This document shows, piece by piece, positions 1 through 12,641 of a stretch of 64,000 bases of DNA. A model generated the notes under the pieces. It was given only the letters and a program-made list of their open reading frames with translations. It did not search any database and was not told the DNA's origin. The stretch's first letter is position 1; each line of letters begins with the position of its first letter. Made by a program: the position numbers and the translations under genes. Source of the DNA: Chlorokybus atmophyticus. Its lineage: Eukaryota > Plantae > Mesostigma and Chlorokybus algae. Location of the stretch: the NCBI GenBank assembly GCA_009103225.1, contig RHPI01000260.1:258203-322202 (forward strand). Reading direction: 5' to 3'.

Positions 1-6
1 GCGGCG

Positions 7-1106
7 ATGGCACTGGCGGCGGCAGTGGCGGTGGTGGGAACAGCTGCGCGGCCGTTGTCGGTGGCCTCGTCTGGGCGCCCGCAGTCAGCCCGCCGGCCAG
101 CGCCAAGCGCTCGCTTGCAGCAGTCTAGCGGCAGCTTCACGCCGTCGTTGCGGCTGCCGCTACAGCGGCGGCGACAACAGCAGGAGAAGCGCAGCTGCAG
201 AGCAGTTGCGGCAGGCGAGCCTCAGCCTGGTAAGTTAGCGTGCTTGAATGCCACATGCAAGTAGACCGAGTTGCATGCTTTGCTGCGGTGTGCTCCATTG
301 GTGTACACAAGCGGCCTCCAGGGTTTATTTCTGTTTTGGAATCCATCGGAGCTTGCTTATCGCGATTCATCGCAGGGTTGACATCTGAGCTGAAAGAAGC
401 GCTAGATGACTTCATTGCCAAGAACAAGGTCGTTTTGTTCATGAAGGGCACGCGCGAGTTCCCGCAATGCGGATTCAGCAACACCTGCGTGCAGATATTA
501 AACATCATGGGTGCGCCCTATGAAACCGTGAACATCCTAGAAGACGAGACCCTGCGCCAGGTATGCTTCACGGGTTTATGTGCTGTGGGAGTTCTTTGTT
601 GCATCACAACAACAGCAGAGGCCTTTGCGTGGCCACTTGCACATGCATGCATCCGCTTGGTCGCTGCATGTTGCTCCAATGCTGGACAGACAGTCACCAA
701 GCAATTGACTTTGTCAATTGTCCAAAGGTCACGACAGCTTGTATACACTATGAGGAGTAGACTCTCTTGAGTAGCGGAACACGACCTCAATTAGCGACTG
801 CCAGCATGATGCGGCTGTGGGAGTGCTGATACATGCTGCATTGCTTGCGCACAGGGGATGAAAATGTACTCGAGTTGGCCCACTTTCCCCCAAGTTTACA
901 TTGATGGCGAGTTTATTGGTGGCTGTGACATCTTGATTGGTAAGTGTAACATGCATTCAATCAGCATGTGCGCGATATGTGTATGCTATGCCCAGGCCTG
1001 ATGGTTCAGGGCACTACGGTGTTTTCGCCCCACTGACAACCGGTATGCAGAGTCTTACCAAAGCGGTGAGCTCAAAGAGATGCTGGAAAGGGCGACAGTG
1101 TCATAG
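7..1106 (+). CDS. GRXS14: Plastid monothiol (CGFS) glutaredoxin, 4 exons (7-229, 376-560, 855-939, 1051-1106)
   Basis: Ala/Ser/Arg-rich transit peptide, then [39 protein letters not shown] and [16 protein letters not shown] introns keep the frame. Confidence 0.95.
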
Positions 1107-2062
1107 ATTGTTGGTATCTCATGTTATAGCACTCTTAACCTGGCAGGACAGCGCAAACTATCTACTGTATAGACGGCAACCTAGCTTGCAACCTCCACCT
1201 AGCTATCGATTTGTGCATGTGTATTTCGCTTGCAACAGGCATTGTATTGTCTTTGTTGGATGTTTTACACGCACCATCCACTCTTGTAAAGTCAGTGTTT
1301 GCTCGCATGCAATATGCTTGCAAGAATTACTCTACGAGCCATGGCCAGAGATTGAGCGTGTGGGCCAGGTACTGCACGTGTACATATAGGTACACATAGG
1401 GATCACATAAGGGCTGCGCTAGGCATGCTCAATGAGTATGTAGAAAATGTGCAATGTGATGCATGAGTGCAAGCACGCAAGGCAAACAACGTAACACCAA
1501 GCACATTATTAGGCGGGGGCCAAGACAGAGTTGTTTAAGCAACCCAGTTGCATGCAGACCCTAGGACTATAAGTGCACTACGCTCTCAGGCAGCAAGAGC
1601 ATCAGAGGATAGTAGCGTGACCACCTGCAGAGGGCACGGACGCAGCAGAGGAAGAGGTGAGGGGCGTGGTGCTTGAAGGATGTAGCATGCACGACTCTGA
1701 CTTGGACGACAACTGCTTGGCCCCCTCCCGCAAAAATGCCGCCGCCAGCCCTTAAGTCAGCTGTTCCGGTCCTACCAAAGCCACCTGCACGCAATCTCAC
1801 AAAGACCCAAGCAGGCACTGCAGCTGAAGCATGCATTTTAAGACAAGCATGCCGTTTATGACTGCTGGGCAACTAATAGAATAGACTCATAGTATGGTGG
1901 TCATGAGTGCCATGGCAGTTAGCCAGCAGGATATCACGTTACATCACCATCAATCCCAACACAACCACATAGCCCTGTGACATACATGCGAGCATGTGCT
2001 GCTGCTTCTCCCCACACTCATTCACCTCTCACTTACATGACTTACATGTTTGTTGTTAATGG

Positions 2063-3014
2063 CTATGCCCTCTCACGCACAGCATCACAATGTGAGCATA
2101 CCAAGTTGAACAGGTGCTGGTAGGTGGTGTCATACACGTCCTGGTCTATTGTACATCCATCATCGTAGTTTAGCAATGAGGGCGCTCTTGAGTACCCCTC
2201 GCGTTGCATTGCATTTAGCAATGCGGCCATATTACCCAAGGAAATGAGCTCTGTAAGCACTCAAGCGCAAAAAGCGTATTCACTGGGACACAACCACCCC
2301 CAACTAAGCCTAAGATGCAATGTTGGTTTTTTAAGTGCGGAGCATGTCTCCACGGGATACCCGCAAACGGGAGATTGATTAGCTTGGAGTAGACCCATGC
2401 CATCAGCTTGAGACAATGTCATGTGCAAGACATCAATGGAGCTACCAAGTGCTATATTAGCGTCACTTGTGGGCAAATGCCTCCACCTAAAGTGGTCCCC
2501 CCGCTCATACATGACATCAGCAGACTTAGGGCAGTCTATGACAAGGACATCATCCACATACCTCCATACCGACATGCACCACTTGGCTAGAAGTTCCGTG
2601 AGGCCTTGTGCCCTGGGAGCACGGACGAATGTAAGTCCTTTTGGCCCAGATAGAAATTTGCGAGATAAACCCCTGCGTTGTTGCCCATAAGAATCCATAT
2701 GGCTTGTTAATGCAACTGGTCTCCTGCAGTGCTGACATAGAGGTTACATAGCAAGTACTCCAAGAGAGTCGTGTTGCGTTTGCATTTCATGTTGGGAGAC
2801 TCGAGTAGGAGTTGTGTTACATGTACATGTCAGTTTTCTTATTGCCCGAATGTGTTGCACAGAATGGGCAGGTGACTGTTGGACAATAGTATGTCGAGTG
2901 TAACAATTGGGGCCCGACCACTAGGCTATGATAGTAAAAGACACTACCATAAGTGAGGTCTGTCACAATTTTATCCCAGTTCATGACATCGAGCGCACCA
3001 ATGCTTGTTGCCAA
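2063..3014 (-). mobile_element. Decayed Penelope-like retroelement reverse transcriptase/thumb fragment
   Basis: Across frameshifts and stops the minus strand reads EYLLCNLYVSTAGDQLH*QAIWILMGNNAGVYLANFY (cf. PLE GIPMGTNCAxxLANxxL), WRYVDDVLVID (YVDD at 2560-2549), GGICP (cf. GIYP) and GVVVSQ*IRFLRLS (cf. GVxxSQLxRF). No endonuclease seen; the element ends near a (TC)n run at about 3066. Confidence 0.8.
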
Positions 3015-4919
3015 TCAGGTTGCCATCCACACAATCTTGCAAATGATTTGAATGAGGTTAAAGGCCTCTCTCTCTCTCTCTCTCACTTGTGCGCACGCGC
3101 GCGTTATGGCTATACAACAGTATATTATTCATCATAATTATATTTCGCATGTTACCTATAGAATCCAATGCATTTACGACATACAAATAGTGGTAAATTA
3201 TAATCATCAACCCGCACCACTTGCTTGATTGTTTTTATGAAATACAAGTGTGTGCTAAGCAATTGTTATCTCCAATTACATGTTCAGCATGCGTGACCTG
3301 TTATAATAACAGCGCGTGCATACATAGTTGAATCTATACACAAAAGTGCGTATTCGGTTTGGTTATTTACGGCATTAGTAACTTAAACTATTGCTGATGG
3401 ATAAGCCATCTCGAATCGTTATGTGTATAATATTGTAACGTTTTTGCGGCTGACATTCGCAGCATATACCAAAAGTTGTGCAAGCATATGCCTATGTATG
3501 TGCATGCTCACTATTCAATTGCGCGATTATGCGCATAGCATGCCATAGTTTTTCATAAGTGAGATTTCAGAGCTTGCAATTGTCAAATTATTTTCGTATT
3601 GAAGTCTTCAATCATTGAAGTATTCTGACTTCAAATTGCTAGTTAAATCTCGCACTAAATATAAACGTATCAAATGTTGATATTATTAATTTATATATTA
3701 ACTTTTACTTCTACGCCACTTTATATAATACAGTGATAAATTGCAAACATCACCTATGCATGAAATACTTATGCTTCACATGTTGTGCACATTGTGATAT
3801 GAAGGGTCAAGTTTTAATACTCATTTAAGGGTGCAGATTTGCAAACCTATGTTGTAATAAATACCACGATAACACTGGTGATCAAAGTTCGACAAAAACC
3901 ATGTAGTGCCAAGATGGATAATAAATGCAAAAAACTGAAAATAATACTACTATCCAGCATGCTTATAAACCTCGCATTCCCCTCAAAATTGTTCGTCACA
4001 TATAATTGTCTACTATACGTTTACCGAGTTTAAAGTTGTGAGTGTTATTTGGTTGCTATCTACTTCACTTCCTTCGATTAACTTGCAATGCAAGCGCACA
4101 TTTTAACAAAATGAACTATATGGGTTAAATCTCTGCTGTTATACTGTTACCCCCCCCCACCCCCCCCCCACCCCCACTAAATTTACATAACAATAAAGCA
4201 TCAATTCTTTTTTATATCAGTATTAATATTATATATATAAAAATATATATAAATACGTATAGAAATATATATAGAAATATAGTTATGCATTGCCGTTGAA
4301 TTCTACGTAATTACATCACTATAGCAATCATTGATGCAAGTTGAGCCTCAAGTTGTAAGAAGTATTTCTTGGTTTCTTGGCGAGATGACTGTGTACACCA
4401 TGCGACACATGTCACCCATGTGACATCAGTTGTGCCCCACCACTTGAAACGTGGCATGCGTTTACAGGGCGAGCATGTGATTGGAGGGCCTAATTGTTCA
4501 ACCGTGCGATCATGCACGCGTCTTGACCGTTCTCGCTTGGACGGCGCACACTCAAGCAGGACTCATAACTGTCGCAATATCCCATCCCATATTTTCAAAA
4601 ACCTCAGCCGTTGACGTTAGCACATGTCGCAGGCTGTGACTCGCAGCACAGCAAACGACCCCACAGGCAAACAATGCTAGGTGGGACGCCTTAACGAACG
4701 CACGACACGGTAACGTTATCTCGGTCTTGGGGCTTTGTGATTGGATGATACGCGGTCAACTCCTAGGCTAGGTGAAGAAAACCTGCCTCGACAAAGTTTA
4801 TCAAAAACGGTGACAGGCGCAAACCGAGCACGAGAGCAGCGCTGTCGTCGCGGTTACAGCTTGACTACGTAGCGGGTTGGACTCTCGTGCGAAACGGTGT
4901 AAAACTGACCCAGAGGCTG

Positions 4920-4925
4920 TATAAA
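4920..4925 (+). promoter_or_regulatory. Candidate TATA box for the downstream surface-protein gene
   Basis: TATAAA about 420 nt upstream of the ATG at 5343, followed by GCC-rich 5'UTR-like exons and introns. Confidence 0.3.
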
Positions 4926-5342
4926 CCGGCCTTCACAGCCACCGTTGATCAGTCAGTGCACTAGCTTCAGAGTTACTACTGCCAAGGTTGACAACACAGT
5001 GGCCGCCGCCGCCGTCGTGTCCTCCGCTGAGGTGACAAGCATTGGGCTGCGAGCTTGACAGGAGAAGCCTGTACTGTGTGGTCCGTCTGTGGAGCGGAGC
5101 GTGTTGGACAGCAGGGCGCAGGTGGGTTAGTTGCTTGCATGGATATGGAGAAAAGGCCGCTTGGTTTGGGGCCACTCTTGTTGTGTTGCTACTCGTGTCA
5201 CGAAGTTGCTGGAAGCTTGCTGCTAAGCGTTGGCTTGAGGGTTGTGCTGTTGTCTGTGCATGCTGTTCGGGCTGTGTGCAATTGGGCTTCGATAGCGTCG
5301 GTAGCTGTGTCTTAGTGCTGCATGCTCACACGCTTGCTGCAG

Positions 5343-7500
5343 ATGGGGAGGCGCGCCAGTGGGCACTGCTGGCTGCTGCTGGCGGTGGTCGCCGTCACAG
5401 CTGCCGTTGCCGCCGCGCAGGTAATGACATAAACCAGCTTGTGTGCAAACGGACTGATTTGCCACCATCAGGGCTGGTACCTGTACCAATTATGTGTCCG
5501 CTTATACAGCGCAATGAGCGCTATGTACAGTATTCTGGAGTTGTTGTGGCCACCTGCATTGTTACTGATCATTGCAATTGGCAACTGCTACGCGTTTGAC
5601 TCGCTGTCTTCATCATGTCAAGCTCAGAGTTGAATGTGTCGCAGAATGTCACGACCCCGGTTGAGTCACCTGTTGTAGCTCCAGTGGTTGCACCAGTAGC
5701 AGCTCCACCACCGCCAAACCCAGCGTGCGATGTCCACCGCAAGTGCTTTGATTGGGCCGTGCCCAACTTCTACACTGGTGTTGGCTACTACTACTATGAC
5801 CCAACATGTGAAATAGGCGGCACCCAGCACTGCGTTGGGTACAATGCCAGTCTTGGGGAACCCGCGGACTGCCGTCTTTGCAAAACTCCCACAGCCAACC
5901 CCAATGGCACATTGCCGCTGTGGTACGATGACAGTGCTTGCTGCCTTTTGTACTTTGCACTGTGCGATAAGTAGCAACTTCAAGCCAATGCGTTGACGTT
6001 GTCCTGTCCTTGCAGCCCTGACTGCGTTTGCCAAAACTACGGTGGCGAGGTCTGCATTCCATACGGTAAACCTGGCACGATGCATGCTACTGCCACACGA
6101 GGTTGCATGTGGTGCTTGGTGTCTTTGTGGTTGTCAGGAGTCATTGTGCAAACACTGCAAGTCAACGACTTTTGTTGCAGACCAAGTGAACTCTACCACC
6201 TTCGACTACCTGAACAAGAACCCTCCCTTCAACGGCACCTTGAACGAGCCTCCGTCCCAGCCGGCACCGCCTGGCGCTGATGACGTCTGCTTCGCAGCCA
6301 CAACCGCTAACACTGCACTGGGTGTCAGCTACCTGGTATGTACTGCTTGCATGCCAGTCTCAAAGGCGTGGTTTGCTGTCACCTCATGACTTTCATTGCC
6401 CAATGCATGCGAGCAGCTTCATCATGCCAATAACTTTGCTCGCTGTTGTTGCAGTACTATGACAGCAACTGCTTGGATGGTGGTCTGTTCTGCACTGGCA
6501 ACAAGGGTTGCCGCCTCTGCAAGCTCAACTTGACGAGCGCCTCAACTACCAGCCGAAGACTGCTGCAGGCGACGGTGGAGTACAGCCAGCCAATCTGCCC
6601 TGGAATTGTCTGCTCTTACTGGCAGGTTGAAGGCTGCCTGCCCTTTGCACCAGGCCGCGCCCCACCCCCGCCAGGTAGGTTTGCAAAAGCCTGGAAGACT
6701 CCGAATTACTAAGCCTAACAAGGCTGCTGGGACCTCTTGATGAATGAGTAACCTGAATTCTGGTGTCTGCAGTGCCCGGCAGTGCTCCTCCGCCGTCAAC
6801 ACGCACCACAGTTCAAACCGTCCTGAGACTGACCGGCCCAGCTGGCAAGCTCATTCCTTTCGATGGAACCAAACAGGGACAATTTGCTGGTGCGGTTGCA
6901 AACATACTGCCTGCCGCTTCTGGTGTCACGTAAGTAGTGCTGTGTATGACAGCTCCTTCGCTCACAATTGGCCTGAGTCGCCTTTGCTGATCAAGCAGCA
7001 TTGGGTGGTTGCAGGCCTACCAACATCGTCGTGATGAATGCAAACACTGTCTCCACCAGCCCCAACGATGTAGTCGATGTGACATTCACAACTTCGGTCC
7101 TGAATGCTCGCGTGTCCACTGTGCAAACAATCCTTCAGCAGAACGGCAACGGCACCAGCGTTGATCTCAAGAACGCTCTCGTTGCAGCAGGCAAGTCCCG
7201 ACGCATTGGTCTTTGGAGCACGATGCTGTGGCTGCGGGACTAATGCATGTTGGCTTTTATTTGCAGGCTTGGATGTCAGCTCTGTGTCCCTGGTGTCAAC
7301 AACCATCGTTGTTCCTGCACCTGCACCAGCACGTGAGTAGCTTGCCGTGGGCTTTGCTGTTGACCTTGCGCATACAATGCATCCAACACCTATGCAATGC
7401 AGCTGGATCCAAGAACTACGCGGAGGCTCACTTTGTGTATGGCGGTGTCGTTTCAAGTTTTGTTGCTATGGTTGCCACTGCCCTGGCTCTTCTGCTATAA
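5343..7500 (+). CDS. Secreted/GPI-anchored cell-surface protein with two Cys-rich repeats, Pro/Ala linkers and a C-terminal SEA-like region (multi-exon)
   Basis: Signal peptide MGRRASGHCWLLLAVVAVTAAVAAAQ. AP-rich linker. Two modules of form YYD-x2-C-x2-GG-x2/3-C-xG-x(n)-CRLCK-x(n)-CP-x2-VC. RRLLQ motif. Ends with the hydrophobic tail ...GGVVSSFVAMVATALALLL*. Confidence 0.8.
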
Positions 7501-8344
7501 GTCAATTGCTTGATGGTAAGGAAATGTGCTTGCCTTCTTGAGGAGTTGTGGTGCACAGCTCATGGGCACTATTACTACTGCTACTCCAGCTGAACCGCTG
7601 CTTACTCGCGCCCGTTTGCAGGAATAGAATCGGAAGGCTGCACAACCATGTGTCAGCATTGTAGTACAACTCCCAACGTGGGATGACTTTGTAGCAGTAG
7701 TAAGTCCACTTCCCACATCTGGACTGTTGTGCATTTGCAGAGTAGCTCAGCATAAAAAGTAGTAGCTACGCTACTGTTAGTGGCTTTTGTAGGTAGCAGG
7801 ACAAGAACATTGTTAGCAATGTTCTTGTGCATCAGTGCCCTTTTAACAAGTGATGCCATCGTCGTGTTGATCATGGTCACTGCTTCACATGAAATGTGTG
7901 TCATGTCTGCACTGACAGATATCGTATTCACCAAGCAGAGTGTATATATTTTGGTCCGCTAGAGCACGACTTTGTTGCCGATGGATTTAAGGGCTAGTTC
8001 TCTGACGTCAAGTTCACGTCCTGCCTGACTGGTAGTAGGAGGCACTGAGACTGTTTCAGCACCACGTTGTGCATGACTTTGATGTAGCTTGCAAGGGTAA
8101 GTGATGGTGATGCATAGGCATTCCCATATGACAGATGCAGCAAAGCACTTGGACAAGCACACGCGCAAGCTCTGAGCACAGCACAGCAGAATGCGTGCAA
8201 CTACATGCAACGCGGGTGGGGAAGGAGGTGGTAGAGCCAGCACAGCAAGCAACCGACCTGGATTAGGGTAGCCACGGCACCACAGGCAGAAGTCAGGTAG
8301 GCGTGTAGTCTAGCAGGCCATGAAGCAAAGGCAGCAGGTGCAGC

Positions 8345-8668
8345 GAGGGAGGGAGGGAGGGAGGNNNNNNNNNNNNNNNNNNNNNNNNNNNNNNNNNNNN
8401 NNNNNNNNNNNNNNNNNNNNNNNNNNNNNNNNNNNNNNNNNNNNNNNNNNNNNNNNNNNNNNNNNNNNNNNNNNNNNNNNNNNNNNNNNNNNNNNNNNNN
8501 NNNNNNNNNNNNNNNNNNNNNNNNNNNNNNNNNNNNNNNNNNNNNNNNNNNNNNNNNNNNNNNNNNNNNNNNNNNNNNNNNNNNNNNNNNNNNNNNNNNN
8601 NNNNNNNNNNNNNNNNNNNNNNNNNNNNNNNNNNNGCAGGGAGGGAGGGAGGGAGGGAGGGAGGGAGG
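8345..8668. repeat. (GGGA)n microsatellite spanning an assembly gap (N 8365-8635)
   Basis: GGGA repeats on both sides of 271 Ns. Confidence 0.95.
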
Positions 8669-8916
8669 GCGAGCGGAGGGTGCTGTGCTGTGTGCTGTGC
8701 ATGTGTTGGAGAAAGCGACAACGGCGGTGTGCATAGCTCTGGGCTAGCCACCACCACGACACCTGCCCCCGTGACAACCTGTCAAATGTGGCGGAGCTCT
8801 TGGCGTGTGGGTGACATGGTGTTACGCAGCTGATGCATGTTAGCTTGGTTGAGTAGTTGTCATGCGTGTTGGTATTCTGGTTGAATCGTGTTGGGGTTGA
8901 TTAGTTATACGCTGAG

Positions 8917-9257
8917 ATTCATGCCATCAAGAGCGATGGTACAGTCATAACCAATGTGGAGGTGTTCCGTTCACTGTACGAGCTGGTGGGCCTTGGTTGG
9001 GTGTATGCCATCACCAGGGACAAAGTCGTTGGAGACCTTGCTGAGAGTGTGCACTCGCTGTGGGCCAAGTACCGCATGCAAACTACTGGCAAGGTTGATA
9101 CGATGTTCTGTTCATGACTGGCCATGACTGTGAAGTGACGCAATTGACATGGGTGTATGCATGTTGTGTCTGGCAGGCAGGGGGCTCCACGGATCAAGTG
9201 TTGGCGACGAGGCGGGCGAAGCTTGCTTGCTTGCTCTTTGCTCGACATTTGTCATGA
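8917..9257 (+). pseudogene. Orphan 3' fragment of a DCC-family thiol-disulfide oxidoreductase (At5g50100-like)
   Basis: IHAIKSDGTVITNVEVFRSLYELVGLGWVYAITRDKVVGDLAESVHSLWAKYRMQTTGK matches the C-terminal half of plant DCC proteins. The N-terminal YDGxCPLC exon was not found in flanking sequence. Confidence 0.7.
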
Positions 9258-9499
9258 TTGGTTATAGCCACACATTAAGCTGGCAAACCTGGTTGTACAG
9301 GAGGGAAGACCAATATGCACAAAGGTACGAGTGTTGCTACTGCAATTGCACACATGCCTAGATTCTGAAACGGACGGACCATAAGCAAGGCAGTAGGGTT
9401 GGTTGTGCATAAGTGCATGATATCCAGTACAAGCCAGTACAGTGCAGTGGTTGTAAGTGACACGGATGGTCAGTTGCCATGTCGCACACCTCTTTAGGC

Positions 9500-11570
9500 C
9501 TTGCCTTTCGCTCTTCATACTGCGCTCTCCCTCTGCCATAACAACGTTTTCAGCATTCATGCATATGTTAAATCGAGAGCAGCTGAAACAATGAGCGTCC
9601 ATCTCTGCAAATGCAACAATTATGTCACTGTGTGAACATAGTTGAGCATCAGATCTAACATCCGTATAAGAAACTGGCCTGATACCTGATAGGTAGACTG
9701 CAGGGGACTTGGCACGCAGTGCCGACGACACAATGGGCGATCTCGCTGTTGGGACGCGCATTTGTATGTGAGCGCTTGCTGGCCTTCGGTGGTTGGCTGC
9801 AGCATAAAAGACAGGTCATTGCACCGTTGACCACAGACAGACGCTCTAGGCAATGGTGCGCACCATCGAGTTGGGTGACCCGAGCGGTGAGGTCCTCAAA
9901 GCAGTCTTGGAAGATGTCCATGGGCTTCCTCTGCAGCTTCACCTCGCTCTGCACACCATCAATATCTCTGCGAAGCCTGCACAGTGCTTCAGTGTTAGGT
10001 TTCACAAGCGTCAACATTTCTACAATGGTGGGATCAATAACTCAGCTCCATCAACACTACAAGCTACCGTTAGCGGAAGCAAGTTACCTCTGCTCCAGCC
10101 CAGCAAGTGCGTCGCGGGACGAGACGAGTGCCAATGCCATCCGCACCATCTTTCCTTGAGTTTCAAACGACTTGACTCGACTCGAAAACTGCCACAGCAC
10201 CACACGTTACATAGATGCTCAGCCAGCAGGTGAGAGCGAATCCATACGACATAAGCATGTAACTGTGATGGCTAGGCGCACTGATGCATTCAGCAAGCCA
10301 GCAACGAGCAACCTTGCTGAAGCCGTTCGCTATCTGCTGGACCGCAGCTGCTTGTGAGCAGGATGTGTCCACATTAGACAAGAGCAAAGTAAGAAATTGG
10401 CTGGCAGTTACAGTCTATACGCGCCTGACTGACCAGCTGATTCTGCACGCGCTCCAACAGTCATGTTACAAGACGGTCTAGCTGCAATGATGGTGAGGCT
10501 TCTTGGCCCCTGCAGTTGCCACGCAGGTACTTAAGTAGACATATTATGTTGTGCAACCAAGGGTACTTGGCCAGTGTGAACAGGCTGCTTCAAAGTGTCC
10601 TATGTTGAGGGAGCGAGTCTGTTTTTGCTGCGCTGTCATTATCACCTCGCTCGGCCCTCTGGTATGCACACGCAGCTTGTCAGTTCACAGACAAGCGTCG
10701 CTGCCTGTCGTTGCAAGCGTGCGTTTGGTGCTACAAACATGGCTATGTGCATAAACGTACGTCATGCGAAGCGCTGCGCCTCTGTGCTCCATCCTGTTGG
10801 AACCTGCAGCGGTTGCACGTGAGGTGAGACATGCACGGACTCCTTGGATCACCTGTCTGCAACAACTACCATTGCCTTTGACTGTGCCTAGAAAGTGTGG
10901 TTGAAGCCTTCCTGCTTGTCACGCTGGTGGTGGTGATCTTTGCTGCTGTCAGTCACCCTTGCACGCAGCTCGCTTTGCTCCTTCAGGCACGATTGAGTTG
11001 AGCGTTGATGGCATTCCCGATGCTGTCTGGATTTCATACACGTGTACCTCTACAAGAGTCTGCAGCTATTGGACGGTCTACTCTTGCATCTGCTCAAGGA
11101 TGTGCAGGCACTCCACGCTGCGCTGCATCTGCTCGACAGCCCTTGCATCAACAAACCACCAACAAATCACTCGCAACCACAGCTCTAAACACACTTCCGC
11201 ACTGTGCCGCCGGACACTCTCAAGCGCCTCGTCCATCTGCTCCACACGCTCCTGAACGCCACACCCAGTATGCTTCAACAATTAGCAAACAGCGCATTCA
11301 CAAGACTCGACATTGCGGTTGTGTTGGGTCAAGCAGCCAGTGCATGAGTCCATGCAGGACCTACTACTCTGCTGCTGTTGGACGGCCTGGACGTGTTGTG
11401 GCAGCGAGTTACGAATGGCGTGCTCCACGAGAGCATGCAAAGGCCGCGACTGACTCGCCTTCTCGCCCTCCCTCGCGCTCGTCTCATCAGGCGTCCAATC
11501 CAAAGTTGCCGTCAGCGCGTCCTCCACGCGATGGTCGAACTCGTTCAGCTGCGCCGCGTCCAACTACACG
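9500..11570 (-). pseudogene. Degenerate multi-exon coiled-coil protein gene
   Basis: E/Q/L-rich helical segments (LDAAQLNEFDHRVEDAL; VQERVEQMDEALESVRR; LCRLRRDIDGVQSEVKLQ) are interrupted by in-frame TAGs at 11080-11078, 11068-11066 and 10890-10888. Boundaries are approximate. Confidence 0.5.
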
Positions 11571-12641
11571 AGCAAACCTGTGGGAATAGACATGGGTGAA
11601 GTGTCATGTTACATTATGTGTAATCTCATTACTGGATGATGATGCTTGGCAGGCTTGAAAGAGTTCACGCATGTGCACCTGGGAGATTGACTTGTTCTCA
11701 AGGTGTTTGATGCGTCGGAGTATGGATGCAAAGGCCTTGGATGCCTGCGGAGCCTGCGCTCAATGTTGTGTTGGCACTTGTGCTGACACCAGTTTCATTG
11801 AGTCTTAAGGATTGCTTGGCGCATGCATCGGAGTTGGTTGTGAGGTGAAGCTGGGTCAACACTCAGGATAGAGAGAGAGATGCATTGTCAAGCTGAACAT
11901 GTTGCGATGTGGAGCGAGAATCGTTGCACCTCGTTACAAACGCGTGTCATGTCTGTGCTCGTTCGGGTTCACGACTGTTGATCACGTGACAGGTATCATT
12001 AGTCACTTGTAGCACTGCCTAGTATAGTCATGACGCATGCAGCTAGCCATGTGCGTTTTGCTGCAAGTGACCACCATCAGAGATCTTCGTCCTTCCAGTT
12101 TACGCACAATGACAGCCACTACTAGCACAAAGTTGGGGACCAGACCACTCAAAGGACGTATCAGTACATGCTGTGTACGGCAAGCAACAGACTTTGGGTT
12201 GTGGAAAGTGGCGTGAGTACATGACTCAATGGTGTATGCTGCGTTGAGTGACATTGGTTACCTTGGTTTTCTTGCGTGTGTGCTCGAGAGTGTAAGAGTC
12301 CAGGTACGCCCCATGCAGCAACCCGTTCGTCATTCGCCTTGTAGCTCACTCAATTGCCCCAACTGCCGCTGACGCTCATTGCGGCACACATCACATGGGA
12401 GCGCAGTCCATTACCAGCAACGAAGTCATTACAAGTCTAGTCGTAAAGACTACTGGGATTCCGTTTTGTAGGCAGCAACAAGTTGACTTGACACGAGCAG
12501 GCTCTCCTTCACACCTATCCGCCGCCGCCGCCGCCGCTTGCTGGCGAGCTGAAACAAACACGTGCAGTGGGAAGTGCAACATAGCAGCGAAGCAGCAGTT
12601 TGCTCTGCAGCGCAGTCCAGGCGGCGGCGACGGCGACGGCG

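Noticed and set aside
1560-1870. Short coding-like stretch after the glutaredoxin gene
   Set aside because: No recognisable motif, start or splice structure; it cannot be distinguished from decayed sequence.
8201-8777. Long ORFs containing X runs
   Set aside because: They span the assembly gap of Ns.
10860-11140. TAG=Gln alternative genetic code, as in some ulvophytes
   Set aside because: TAG is the evident terminator of conserved genes here (glutaredoxin 1104-1106, H2B 30215-30213, SDR 40605-40607).
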